This document shows, piece after piece, positions 17,188-26,037 of a stretch of 32,000 nt of DNA; the stretch's first letter is position 1, and each line of letters opens with the position of its first letter. The notes under the pieces were generated by a model. That model was given only the letters and a program-made list of their open reading frames with translations. It searched no databases and was not told the origin of the DNA. The DNA is from Rhodobacter capsulatus SB 1003 (lineage in GTDB: Bacteria; Pseudomonadota; Alphaproteobacteria; Rhodobacterales; Rhodobacteraceae): NCBI RefSeq assembly GCF_000021865.1, contig NC_014034.1, forward strand, positions 3,090,001 through 3,122,000, read 5' to 3'. The translations under genes were made by a program, and so were the position numbers.

Positions 17188-18079
17188 TGCGGCTCTCCAC
17201 GGTGGCGGTGACCGACCATTCGAGCCCCGCGCCGCCCTGGGCGCTCCAGGGACCGACGAAGCGGGTCTCGACGAATGAAAAGCCGCCGCCAGTGGCGATC
17301 GGCATCTCGGCCCAGGCGGATCCGCCCGCAGCCCCCAAAGCGCGCCCGTCGGCGCCGGAGCGCACGAACAGGTCAAAGCCGGTCCGCTCGCGCACCATCA
17401 CCTCGCAGACATCGATGCTGCGCCCGGCCCCGCCGAACTCTTCGGTGGCCGCGCTCGCCATCACGATCAGGGCCAGCCGCGGATCAGCCGCGCCGATGCC
17501 GGTGGACAGGTCGAGCCGCAGTCGCCAGAAGCCCGCGCCCCGCGCGGTGACGGCACTGACGACGGCGGCCGCGTCCGTGACCGCGCCGCTGGCCAGATCG
17601 AGGGTGACGTCGATCGACAGACCCGCGCGATCCGTCCATCTGATCCTGGCATGGCCGGTGGCGGCCGAGGCAATCGAGAGCCAGACCACGACGCCGACGG
17701 AGTCGCGGGCCAGCGCCGGAAAGCCCTTGCTGGCGCCATGCGATGCCACGGCGCTTGTCTGGGTGATCCGGGTCGCGAGGCAACCGTCCGGGCCGGTCAG
17801 CGGGGCGATTGTCAGCGTCGCGGCCGACGCATCCCAGCCGCGCAGATCGTCACTGTCGCCCGCGACCGACACCGGCAGATCGTCGAACCAGGCGCGGAAC
17901 GCCGCCATTTCGGCATCCGAGAAAATCCAGGCGCAGCTGATCTTGTCGGCCCGCGCCAGGGTCGTGCGCCGCACGCGGGCCGCGCCGACATCGAAGTCGG
18001 TGCGCAGCACGGCGTCATAAGGCGTCAGGCCGAAGCCGGGAAATGACGGGGTGGGCAGCACATCGGGCCAGCGGCGCAT
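17180..18079 (-). CDS. Minor/distal tail protein (lambda gpM position) with an inserted central domain
   Basis: It lies immediately after the tape measure. ATG 18079 has GGAGG 5 nt upstream; GTG 18085 (a GTGA overlap with the TMP stop) is the alternative. Conserved-looking N- and C-terminal flanks surround a ~150-aa insert (see findings). Confidence 0.7.
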   Translation of the reverse strand: MRRWPDVLPTPSFPGFGLTPYDAVLRTDFDVGAARVRRTTLARADKISCAWIFSDAEMAAFRAWFDDLPVSVAGDSDDLRGWDASAATLTIAPLTGPDGCLATRITQTSAVASHGASKGFPALARDSVGVVVWLSIASAATGHARIRWTDRAGLSIDVTLDLASGAVTDAAAVVSAVTARGAGFWRLRLDLSTGIGAADPRLALIVMASAATEEFGGAGRSIDVCEVMVRERTGFDLFVRSGADGRALGAAGGSAWAEMPIATGGGFSFVETRFVGPWSAQGGAGLEWSVTATVESRNA

Positions 18080-18081
18080 CG

Positions 18082-20400
18082 TCACCTCCCCACCCGGCCC
18101 AGACCATAGGTCCCGGCCATGACGGCAGGCAGCGGCCCGCGCCCGGTGGCGATGTCCTCGGCGATCACGCCGCGGATCTGATCGATCATCACGTCGATGA
18201 TCCGGTCCCCGCCCTCCTGCCGCTCGACCGTCTCGGCCTTGGTGCCGGGGGCATTGTTGTAGACGTTGACCGTCACCGGAGCGCCCGCGCCGCCGGAGGC
18301 CCGCACCCCGAGCTTGCCCGTCGAATCGCGATCGAGCGGCAAGATCGCCTCGGGACCGGCCTCGCCCATCAACCCCGTGCCCTTGGCAAAGGCAAAGAGC
18401 GTCGGCCGATCGACGATCGTGCCGCTGTAGGCAGAGATGCCCGCCCCGGAATAGACGCCGCCCTTGGCGTTTGCCGCCACGGCCGTCGGACCGAAGACCG
18501 CGCCGACCAGGCTGTCGATGATCGGGTTGAAGACGGCATCGGCGATGCGCTGCGACGCGATGCGGGCAAAGGTGTCCAGCACATGCTGCCCGAAATCCGA
18601 GATCGCGTCCTTGCCGCCCTTGGCGCTGCGGATCCAGTCGTAAAGGCTCGACTGCGCGGCCTTTTTGGCCGACTCGGAGATCTTGTCATTGACGTCGTCA
18701 TAGTCGTCGGCCAGGCCGCGCACCTCTAGCCGCCACTTTTCGACGGCCTTGGCCGCCTGATCGCCCGAGACGTCATTGGCGGCCTGCATCTTCGGGATCA
18801 GCTCGGCGATCGAGGCCGCGGCGCGGTCCTTGGCGCGCGAAATCGCCTCCTCGCCCTCGGCCGTGGACATCAGCCCCAGCGCGACCTTTTCGTGGATCGC
18901 GGCAATGGCCAGGTCCATCGCCGCCAGCGCCTCTTCGGCCGCCTTGGTCACGGCGTCGAAGCTGTCGCGATCAACCGACCTGGCGCCGCCACCGCCTCCC
19001 GCCGCCCCGCGGCGGGCTTCAGCCCTCAGCCGGTCCCGGGTGTACCCGGTGCCGCTGTGGACCTGCGGGCGCTGCGATCCGCGCTCGTCATCCATCGCCG
19101 TCAAGCCGGTCGGATCCGTCGTCGCCGTTGCGGCCGCCCGGGCCTTGGCCGCATCCCAAAGCTGCGAGGCCAGCCGCGAGGCACCAGAGATCGCCCCGTC
19201 CAGCCACCCGGCACCGGGCACGCTGGCCCCCAGCATCGACGCGGCCCCCGCCGCCGAGTCGAGCGCCGTCATCAGCGCATCGCCCATGGTTTGCGCCACG
19301 GTCAGGCTGTCCGAGGCCTCGGACGCGCGCCGCTGCATGTCGGCCAGCGCTTCTGCGGCTTGGCGCAACGGCTTCGTCATGGCCTGCGAGTCAGGATAGA
19401 TCTGCTGGATGATGGCCAAGGCTTCACCGGCTGATGCTGCGATGTCGACGAAAGACGTCGAGGCCCCGACGTCATCCATGGCATCCGCAAGTTGGCGCGC
19501 CTCTTCGGCGGACATCCCGAGTTTGGCGGCCGCCGCATCGGCTTCTTCTTGGAGCATCCGGACGTTGTCCGCGTAAAGCAGCACCTGCTCCGAGCTCGCC
19601 ATGGGGTTGCTTTGCGCATTTTCGAGCGCCGCTTGCGCCTTGGTCAGCTCAGCGAACGTCTGTTGGATGCCGAGCAGCTGCCCCTTCAGCGGATCAATGG
19701 ACGCGCTCAATCCATCCAGAGCTTCGCTTGTTTCGACGCCCTTCATGTACTCCGAAAACCCCTGCACCTCGGAAGCGAAGCCGTGGAACTTCTGCTGCAC
19801 TTCAAGGGTCTGCATCGCCGCGATCTCGGCATATCTGGCGTAAGCGTCGAAGGCCTCATTGGTTTCGGAGACGGTTTTCTCCAGCTCCTTGCCGCTGGTC
19901 GATGTCCCGGTGAACATGTTGACCAGCAGCGGCAGCGACACACCGGCGATCCCGCCGATGATCGTGCCCAGAAAGCCGAAACTGGACGCGATGTCCGGGA
20001 TCTGAACGGCGATGGCCTGCACGTAATTGCCGGTCACCGACCCCATCTGCATCATCTGATTGAACTGGAATGCCAGCTGCCGGGCCATGTAGCTGACATT
20101 CGTTCCGGCCGTTCCGGCGGCCGTGCCAAGGTTGCTGAACTCTTGCTGCAGCGGCAGCACCTTCGGCGGCAGATTGTCGAGCTCTTCGCCGATCTGCCGG
20201 ATCCCCGGCGCCACGGGCGCCAGCGCCGGGCTGAGGTTGCGCAGCGGCTCGACCAGCGCCGGTCCGAGCTGCTTGCCCTTGGTGCTTGCCTGCTCGGCAG
20301 CGGCCCCGGTCTTTTCGATTTCGCCCCGCACTTGCGACATCTCGGCCTTGGCCTGATCGGCCTTGGCACGGATTTCGAAGGCTGCAACCATGTCGGTCAT
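18082..20400 (-). CDS. Tail tape measure protein (772 aa)
   Basis: It is long, Ala/Gln/Glu-rich and alpha-helical, with a hydrophobic Gly-rich segment (FGFLGTIIGGIAGVSLPLLVNMF). It lies between the chaperone pair and the distal tail genes, which is the canonical siphovirus order. Confidence 0.9.
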   Translation of the reverse strand: MTDMVAAFEIRAKADQAKAEMSQVRGEIEKTGAAAEQASTKGKQLGPALVEPLRNLSPALAPVAPGIRQIGEELDNLPPKVLPLQQEFSNLGTAAGTAGTNVSYMARQLAFQFNQMMQMGSVTGNYVQAIAVQIPDIASSFGFLGTIIGGIAGVSLPLLVNMFTGTSTSGKELEKTVSETNEAFDAYARYAEIAAMQTLEVQQKFHGFASEVQGFSEYMKGVETSEALDGLSASIDPLKGQLLGIQQTFAELTKAQAALENAQSNPMASSEQVLLYADNVRMLQEEADAAAAKLGMSAEEARQLADAMDDVGASTSFVDIAASAGEALAIIQQIYPDSQAMTKPLRQAAEALADMQRRASEASDSLTVAQTMGDALMTALDSAAGAASMLGASVPGAGWLDGAISGASRLASQLWDAAKARAAATATTDPTGLTAMDDERGSQRPQVHSGTGYTRDRLRAEARRGAAGGGGGARSVDRDSFDAVTKAAEEALAAMDLAIAAIHEKVALGLMSTAEGEEAISRAKDRAAASIAELIPKMQAANDVSGDQAAKAVEKWRLEVRGLADDYDDVNDKISESAKKAAQSSLYDWIRSAKGGKDAISDFGQHVLDTFARIASQRIADAVFNPIIDSLVGAVFGPTAVAANAKGGVYSGAGISAYSGTIVDRPTLFAFAKGTGLMGEAGPEAILPLDRDSTGKLGVRASGGAGAPVTVNVYNNAPGTKAETVERQEGGDRIIDVMIDQIRGVIAEDIATGRGPLPAVMAGTYGLGRVGR

Positions 20401-20409
20401 TTGGGGTCC

Positions 20410-21011
20410 TCAGAGGAAGCGGATATCGCCGTCGATGGGGGCGCCGGGCCGGGGTGCGGCCGCACGCGGCTGGGTGTCGGCAAAGGCGGCATGGATTGCG
20501 GCCACCAGATTGCGATGCTCGATCTCGTCCACCGCGCGATGGCCGCGCATCAGGACCTCGACCTGATCGACCGTCAGCTCTCCGACGGCGGCAAGGTCGT
20601 GTCCCCAGCGGACGAGGCGGGCGACGGCGGTTGCCCAATCGAGGCTTTCGTGATCGCCTGCATCCGCTCGCGCAGCTGGTCCCGCACCGGCAGCAGGCGC
20701 TCGGCGAAAAAACGCAGGTTGATCTCCATCACCTCGGCCAGGACCTGCATCACCTGGTCAGAGGTCATGTCCTCGAACACCGCCGCGGGCTGGCCGGTGG
20801 CGATCTCCAGCGCGGCGATGACGGCGGCGGGGTGCTGCACCACGGCCGCCAGATAATCGCCGGCGATGACGAAACCCGCAAAGGGCTCTGCCGCCTTGGA
20901 AAAAGCCCCGAACTGGCGCACCTTGAGCGGGCCAAGCGCAACTGCGACGCCCGCGATGGTGATGTGCCGCTGCCCGGGGAAGAGCGCTTCGAGGTCCTCG
21001 GAATTGGACAT
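20410..21011 (-). CDS. Predicted -1 frameshift product of the tail chaperone (gpGT analogue)
   Basis: The -1 frame opens after the TGA at 20758-20760 and runs to the TGA at 20410-20412, 10 nt before the TMP start. It encodes ...DWATAVARLVRWGHDLAAVGELTVDQVEVLMRGHRAVDEIEHRNLVAAIHAAFADTQPRAAAPRPGAPIDGDIRFL with high third-position G+C. It has no start codon of its own that gives a long ORF. Confidence 0.5.
20574..21011 (-). CDS. Tail assembly chaperone (gpG analogue)
   Basis: The 145-aa acidic protein sits between the tail tube and tape measure genes. It contains a T TTT TTC slip site, and a -1 frame stays open for ~100 further codons. Confidence 0.75.
   Translation of the reverse strand: MSNSEDLEALFPGQRHITIAGVAVALGPLKVRQFGAFSKAAEPFAGFVIAGDYLAAVVQHPAAVIAALEIATGQPAAVFEDMTSDQVMQVLAEVMEINLRFFAERLLPVRDQLRERMQAITKASIGQPPSPASSAGDTTLPPSES
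20706..20712 (-). promoter_or_regulatory. Slippery heptamer T TTT TTC in the chaperone gene
   Basis: The minus-strand zero-frame codons are CGT TTT TTC (R F F). This is the only X XXY YYZ motif in the window where both frames are open (20574-20757). Confidence 0.5.
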
Positions 21012-21015
21012 GGGA

Positions 21016-21981
21016 TTACCTCGCGATGATGGTGATTTCGGGGGCGCCGGTCTGGCCGGGCAGGAAACGCAGATCGCTTTGGATCAGCACGGACCCGTCA
21101 TCGTCGATCGCTTGCGGATTGGTCCGCTGCACCCGGCCGCCGAAGAGCGCAATCCGTTTGCCCGCGGCCGTGCCGTGCTGGAACGCGACCGAGGTCAGCG
21201 CCACCGCATTGATGTCGCTGCGCCAGGTGATCTCGTCCTCGGCCGTCAGATCGACTGCCATCTGTCCGGACACGCTCCGGTCGCCGATCCGGATCTGCTC
21301 GCCGCTCAAAATCTTGCGATGCGAGACCTTGTTGCCGATGTCGATCGTGAGGCCCTTGGAGGCCAGCACCTGGCCACCGCTGATCGTCCCGGTGGCCAGC
21401 GTCGCGCCCAGTCGGATGTCGCCCGAGGCGGCATCGGTCACCACTTCGGGGGCGATGAAGGCGGACAGATCGATCGCGGGCACCCCGGCGGGCACCGCCA
21501 AGGTGTCGAAAGCCTGGAACTCGAACGAGGCGGTGGGCACCGCATAGGCGGCCAGATTGAGCTTGACGGTGCCCCGCCCGCCGCGCGCCACATACCGCAC
21601 GCCGTCGCGGAAAAACCGAAAGGTCAGCCCCTCGAAGCCCGTGTTGACCGGCGTGTACTCGACCCGGTTGCCCGCCACGATCGTCTCGGCAAAGCCGCAG
21701 CCGCGCAAGAACTTGCCCCAGGCGGGCGGAGTGCCGGGCGTGCCCGAGCCCACCAGTTCGACGTCGAACTTGAGACGGGCGCGGCGGGTGGCGGGCAGCT
21801 CCTCCGAATTGCCGAGCCAGGGCAGCGCCAGATTGCGCGGCACGTTGTCCGGCTCGATCGCAAAGGACGGCGGATTGACCAGCAGCACCGCATCGGTGGC
21901 CGCAAAGGTCGTTTCGGCCGTGCCGTAGACGGCTTCGACTTTCGCCATGACGGCGGCGCGGCGGGTCAGACGGTCGGACAT
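21016..21981 (-). CDS. Major tail tube protein
   Basis: The ~321-aa beta-rich protein lies directly upstream of the chaperone pair. Gene order and size fit a siphovirus tube protein. ATG 21981 and GTG 21984 are alternative starts. Confidence 0.75.
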   Translation of the reverse strand: MSDRLTRRAAVMAKVEAVYGTAETTFAATDAVLLVNPPSFAIEPDNVPRNLALPWLGNSEELPATRRARLKFDVELVGSGTPGTPPAWGKFLRGCGFAETIVAGNRVEYTPVNTGFEGLTFRFFRDGVRYVARGGRGTVKLNLAAYAVPTASFEFQAFDTLAVPAGVPAIDLSAFIAPEVVTDAASGDIRLGATLATGTISGGQVLASKGLTIDIGNKVSHRKILSGEQIRIGDRSVSGQMAVDLTAEDEITWRSDINAVALTSVAFQHGTAAGKRIALFGGRVQRTNPQAIDDDGSVLIQSDLRFLPGQTGAPEITIIAR

Positions 21982-22184
21982 CACTGCGGCTCCTGCTCGG
22001 GGGTGGGCTCGGGCCCGGTTTCAACGTCGGTTTCAACGGGGCCTTGAACGGGGGTGTCATCCGCCGTCTCGCCGGGTTTGGGCACGGGCGTCAGGGTCAT
22101 GCTCCCCTCATCGAGGACGAACGACCCGCCCCGATCGGGGTAGGGTTGGACGGACGGCGCGGGCGTGGTTTTGCTCTTGCTCAT
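21981..22184 (-). CDS. Small Pro/Glu/Thr-rich phage protein (67 aa), function unknown
   Basis: It is ATGA-coupled to the upstream gene (22181-22184) and overlaps the tube gene start. The sequence is low complexity, so coding status rests mainly on the coupling and the operon fit. Confidence 0.55.
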   Translation of the reverse strand: MSKSKTTPAPSVQPYPDRGGSFVLDEGSMTLTPVPKPGETADDTPVQGPVETDVETGPEPTPEQEPQ

Positions 22185-22618
22185 GTGGGCGTGAACCTCA
22201 GCTGATCGGTGATCGAAAACGAGATGTCGTAGACGAAGCCTGCGACGGCGCGGCTCAGGGTGCAGCCGCGGAAGACCATCACGCCGACGCGGCCGCCCCA
22301 GTCCCAGCCCGCCAAAGCGGCGATGATGGCGGCGATCAGTTCGCCGATCACCGGCAGCGCCCGGGCGCCCGAGACATCCCCCGCCTTGACCGTCAGGACG
22401 ACCGAATAAAGCCGCTCGATCGACTGGACATAGGCGCCGGTGCGGGACGCCTGCGGTCCGCCCTTGATCCCGGTCGGGATGACATGGGCGGCGGGCGTCA
22501 CCTGCGGCAGCTGGCCCGTGGCGGTCAGCGCACCAAACTCGGCCGCCCCCCAGGCACGCCCGCCCAGACCGGGCACGCGCTCCTTGAGCCGGGCGGTGAT
22601 GTCATCGACCTCGGCCAT
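22181..22618 (-). CDS. Head-tail joining / tail completion protein (Mu gp37/DUF1834-like position)
   Basis: From ATG 22618 (ATGA overlap with the DUF1320 stop) it reads MAEVDDITARLKERVPGLGGRAWGAAEF...LYSVVLTVKAGD.... The assignment is positional. The upstream 170 codons of ORF 22181..23131 overlap the DUF1320 gene and are discounted. Confidence 0.6.
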   Translation of the reverse strand: MAEVDDITARLKERVPGLGGRAWGAAEFGALTATGQLPQVTPAAHVIPTGIKGGPQASRTGAYVQSIERLYSVVLTVKAGDVSGARALPVIGELIAAIIAALAGWDWGGRVGVMVFRGCTLSRAVAGFVYDISFSITDQLRFTPT

Positions 22619-23046
22619 CAGATGAAGCCCGTCATCGTGCTGGCCGAGAGCGGCCGAGGCCGGTCGGTCATCCGCACGCCGCTTGCCGCCGTGGTCTGCG
22701 GCTCGGCCCCCGCCACGGCCAGCTTGACGCGGCCATCGGCGATATCCCTGAGCATCCGCTGGGCGGTGTCGTAATCGGCCTTGGTCTTGGCGTCGGGCTC
22801 GGTCAGGTGCAGCGACCAAAAGGCCAGCACCTGCGCGATCGGCGGCAGCTGCGGCGGCACGGTGGCCAGCGGCAGCGCATAGTGGCGGGCCAGATAGCCG
22901 TCGATCGTCGCATCGGCATCGGCCAGCGCGCGGGTGATCATCGCCGCATCGATCGCGCCGGTGGCGATCTCGGCGCGGTCGGTCAGCATCACCAGCGCCG
23001 AGGCGCCGTAACGGTCGATCATCTGCTGTTGCGTCGCATAGGTCAT
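22618..23046 (-). CDS. DUF1320 (Mu gp36-like) head-tail connector protein
   Basis: From ATG 23046 the protein reads MTYATQQQMIDRYGASALVMLTDR...IDAAMITRALADADATIDGYLARHYALPL.... This matches the DUF1320 pattern as I recall it. Confidence 0.8.
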   Translation of the reverse strand: MTYATQQQMIDRYGASALVMLTDRAEIATGAIDAAMITRALADADATIDGYLARHYALPLATVPPQLPPIAQVLAFWSLHLTEPDAKTKADYDTAQRMLRDIADGRVKLAVAGAEPQTTAASGVRMTDRPRPLSASTMTGFI

Positions 23047-23165
23047 GGGGCCGATCCTGAAGGGTGGTGCCGGTGCTCTCCCGGCTGTCACGCCCGCGTT
23101 TTTGCGCTGTTGCCTGGCCTTGCGGCCTCACGCTGAGGGAGGACGTTTGCTCGCTGCCTCAAATC

Positions 23166-23408
23166 TCAGGTGGCCTCGGCGGGCGGCGCGGGGTCCGTCG
23201 CGCCGTCTTCCTCGGCGGGCGCCTCGGGGACCGTCGCCGCCGCGTCGAAAGTCACGACGCCAAGCCCGCGCAACTTGAGCGCTTCGGGCCGCGGCAGATC
23301 GACGGTGTCGCCGGGGCCATAGACCGTGCGGTCATGGTCGAGGGCGTCGATCACCTGGGCGGTGACCGTATCGGGTTCGGGGGTGGGTTCGGGCTTCTTC
23401 GCCATCAT
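23166..23408 (-). CDS. Small phage protein (80 aa), unknown function
   Basis: AAGGAGA lies 2 nt upstream of ATGATG (23403-23408). The product is MMAKKPEPTPEPDTVTAQVIDALDHDRTVYGPGDTVDLPRPEALKLRGLGVV.... It lies just downstream of the capsid gene. Confidence 0.6.
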   Translation of the reverse strand: MMAKKPEPTPEPDTVTAQVIDALDHDRTVYGPGDTVDLPRPEALKLRGLGVVTFDAAATVPEAPAEEDGATDPAPPAEAT

Positions 23409-23467
23409 CTTCTCCTTTGGGTGGGAGCACGGCGCCAGGGCGCCATGCCGCGGTCGCATCAGGCCAA

Positions 23468-24442
23468 TCAGGCGATAACGTTCTGGATGAAGTAGCCGAC
23501 GTCCTGCGCCGAGATCAGCTCGCGCACCCGCTCGCCGACGCGGATACGGAAACCGCCCTCCAGCCCGATGTCCGGATCCTCGATCCGCCCGGCCAGCCGG
23601 TCGCCGAACTGCGCCGTAAAGCCGAAGGTGATGCCGCCCTGCTCGACCGAGGCCAGCGGGTTGAGGTGCAAAAGCGCCAGGTGATTGCCCCAGGTGCGCG
23701 CCAGCGCCGGGTTCTGCCCCGGCTTGGCCGTGTTCGCCCAAGCATCGCCCACCAAGACCTCGGTGATCCCGTCGCCCGCCAGCAGCTCCTTGAACTGCTC
23801 GATCGAGATCCGGCCCTGGTTCGACACGTTGCCCTTGACCGCGTTGACGATTTTCGGGTGCGACGACAGCTTGGACCAGACCGCGCGGCCCATCACGACG
23901 GTGTTCGGGCGATAGACCAGGGTCGCATCCATCCCGGCCGCGATCACGCCGATCGGGTCCGAGTTCGCATAGTCGGAAAACTGCGACGTGCCCGACAGCG
24001 TGATCCGGCGGCTCGCCGCATAGGAGGCCGCGTTGAAGACCATGTTCGCGACCCGCAGTTCGCGGATGTTCTCGATGGTCTCGGTCAGCATCTCGGCCGC
24101 GTGGGCCTCGGGGTCATAGATCGTGCGGCCCTCGGCCTTGGCGGCATTCGCCGCGTTGATGTCCGATTGCGGGATCGGGCTGTCGAGACCGTAATCAGCC
24201 ACGTCCGAGGTCGTTTCGGTGCCGCTGAATTCGAGCTGCTTCACGGCACCCTTGCGACCGACGCGGGCGTCGGGCGTGTTGAAGGCTTCCGAGATCGGAT
24301 AGACCGTGTACTTGAACTTTTCGGCCGAGACCGGCAGGCGCGGCAGGACCTTGTCGGCAATCCGCATCGCGGAGCCATTTTTGAAGCCGATCGCCACGGC
24401 GGTAAGCGTGGCATCGACGATGAACGGGCGGCTGGTGGCCAT
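23468..24442 (-). CDS. Major capsid protein (lambda gpE / Mu-like siphophage type, 324 aa)
   Basis: The size, its position after the protease/scaffold and decoration genes, and the AAGAGG RBS all fit. The sequence is MATSRPFIVDATLTAVAIGFKN...NTPDARVGRKG...PIPQSDI...IENIRELRVANMVFNAASY, which I recognise as the capsid E-like family. Confidence 0.85.
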   Translation of the reverse strand: MATSRPFIVDATLTAVAIGFKNGSAMRIADKVLPRLPVSAEKFKYTVYPISEAFNTPDARVGRKGAVKQLEFSGTETTSDVADYGLDSPIPQSDINAANAAKAEGRTIYDPEAHAAEMLTETIENIRELRVANMVFNAASYAASRRITLSGTSQFSDYANSDPIGVIAAGMDATLVYRPNTVVMGRAVWSKLSSHPKIVNAVKGNVSNQGRISIEQFKELLAGDGITEVLVGDAWANTAKPGQNPALARTWGNHLALLHLNPLASVEQGGITFGFTAQFGDRLAGRIEDPDIGLEGGFRIRVGERVRELISAQDVGYFIQNVIA

Positions 24443-24465
24443 TGGGACCTCTTGCTGTTGGGGGA

Positions 24466-24849
24466 TCAGGCGCCGCGGTAGAACGCGCGCGGACCGACCA
24501 GGATTTCGATGACGTCGCCCGCGACACCGGGGGCCTGCGCCTTGCCGACGACGGACATGAAGACACCGGCGGTGGGGACGGCCGCGATGGCGTTGCCGTT
24601 GGCATCCGCGGTCAGCTCGGCACCCGCGGTGACGGTGCCGCCCAGCGTGACCTGACCGATGCCGGACTGCGTGACATCGACCATGTCGCCCGCCGCACCG
24701 CCGAACTGGCCGGTCACGCCCAGCACCGGATCGGTGTTGGCGGCGGCCGGGCCGATCTTGGTGCTGGCCGCCGCGTCCGAGAATTTGGCGATCTTGTAGG
24801 GGCCGATCGCGGCGCTGGCCTCATAGGCCCGGATCAGGGTGGGGATCAC
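24466..24849 (-). CDS. DUF2190-family head decoration/cement-like protein
   Basis: The 127-aa Gly/Ala/Val-rich beta protein reads ...YKIAKFSDAAASTKIGPAAANTDPVLGVTGQFGGAAGDMVDVTQSGIGQVTLGGTVTAGAELTADANGNAI.... Its GTG start forms a GTGA overlap with the protease stop. Confidence 0.75.
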   Translation of the reverse strand: MIPTLIRAYEASAAIGPYKIAKFSDAAASTKIGPAAANTDPVLGVTGQFGGAAGDMVDVTQSGIGQVTLGGTVTAGAELTADANGNAIAAVPTAGVFMSVVGKAQAPGVAGDVIEILVGPRAFYRGA

Positions 24850-25946
24850 AGCCGCATCTCCTTTTTCACATGCTGGATGGCGTCGATCATGCTGATCGAA
24901 AGGCCTTTCCCGGCCTGCTCGGTCTGGAAGGCCTTCGCCTTGTCATGCAGGACGCGCCCCTGCCGTTCGGCGTTCAGCGACAAAAACTCGCCGCCGGTCT
25001 TGATCGCGCTCGGCAGCTGCGCGGTGTGGGTCTCGCCCGCAATCGGCATGCCTTCGATCAGCTTGCGCGCCGTCTCGGGCTGCGACATGTGCAGCGAGAC
25101 GAATTCGTCCCGGTTCGCGGCGTTCAGCCCGACCCGCTTGCGGGCGATCTCGCCATCCACGAAGGCCTCGGCCGTGGCGCGGGTCGCGGCGTCGCGGATG
25201 CCTTTCAGCTCGGCCGCCTGCGCCGTCACCTGCGCCTGCAGTGCGATCAGCGTGTCCTTGCCAGAGACCGCCAGGCGCGTGGCGGCGATCAGCGCCTCGC
25301 GGTTGCCATCGACACCCAGGATCGTGCCCAGCTCGGACTGCAGGGCCACATCCTCTTCCGCTTTGCCCTTTGCTCCGGTCAGGGCTTCGACCGCGGCGAT
25401 GATTTCTTCGAGCGTCGCGGTTTCGGCCAGGCCGAGCGCGCGCGCCAGTTTCGTCAGATCCATGTCGGACTCCGAGTTGAGCGCGACGAGGCCGCGCAGG
25501 TTGGGGTAATTGACAAGAGAGGCCCGGGCGATCCGGCGCACCGTGCCATCGGCGGCGTAGATGATGACGGGCGAGATCCCGCGATACGCACGCTCTGCCA
25601 GCAGCGCGACACCCGCCGGGCTCCATTCGACCTGCCCCCAAACCCCGTCGGGGCGGGCTTCCATCGCGACGATCCGCCCGCGCGCGGGCGACGGGAGCCC
25701 GAGAGGGGCAGCCAGATCTGCCGCATGGTTTTCGTCGATGATCAGCCCGCCAGCGTCGCGGGCATCGGCTTGCAGAGACGCCGCGATGATCGCGACCGGG
25801 TCGGTGACCCGATACGGGCCGCGGCCATCATGGGTGCCGATCGTGCCCCCGGCCGAGGGCAACAGATGCACCCACTCGGGCGCATCCCCTTCGGGGAGCG
25901 GCTGGGCAGCGCAGAGCGCGAGGGAGGTGGAGGGTTTGTGCGTCAT
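24846..25946 (-). CDS. Mu gpI-like prohead protease with C-terminal scaffold (gpZ-like) region
   Basis: EWVHLLPSAGGTIGTHDGRGPYRV...IIDENHAADL...GRIVAMEARPDGVWGQVEWSPAGVALLAERAYRGISPVI matches the Mu-like prophage I protein pattern. The C-terminal half is coiled-coil and Ala/Glu-rich. ATG 25946 is preferred over GTG 25991. Confidence 0.85.
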   Translation of the reverse strand: MTHKPSTSLALCAAQPLPEGDAPEWVHLLPSAGGTIGTHDGRGPYRVTDPVAIIAASLQADARDAGGLIIDENHAADLAAPLGLPSPARGRIVAMEARPDGVWGQVEWSPAGVALLAERAYRGISPVIIYAADGTVRRIARASLVNYPNLRGLVALNSESDMDLTKLARALGLAETATLEEIIAAVEALTGAKGKAEEDVALQSELGTILGVDGNREALIAATRLAVSGKDTLIALQAQVTAQAAELKGIRDAATRATAEAFVDGEIARKRVGLNAANRDEFVSLHMSQPETARKLIEGMPIAGETHTAQLPSAIKTGGEFLSLNAERQGRVLHDKAKAFQTEQAGKGLSISMIDAIQHVKKEMRL

Positions 25947-25982
25947 GCCGACACAATGGCGGCAAAGACGGGGCGGAATAAT

Positions 25983-26037
25983 CCGCAACACCTTGCGGGG
26001 TGGTCAGATCAAGCCTGTCCCGCGCAGCCTGCGCGGG
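25983..26037 (-). promoter_or_regulatory. Two hairpins in the G-I intergenic gap
   Basis: CCGCAA-cacc-TTGCGG lies at 25983-25998. A 19-nt perfect palindrome, CCCGCGCAG-c-CTGCGCGGG, lies at 26019-26037. They sit in one of the few gaps over 100 nt in an otherwise overlapping operon. Confidence 0.3.

Noticed and set aside
19492-22047. Plus-strand ORFs 19492..20856 (454 aa) and 20866..22047 (393 aa)
   Set aside because: They are antisense to the tape measure, chaperone and tube genes. Their composition is typical of shadow ORFs. They would break the tightly coupled minus-strand operon.
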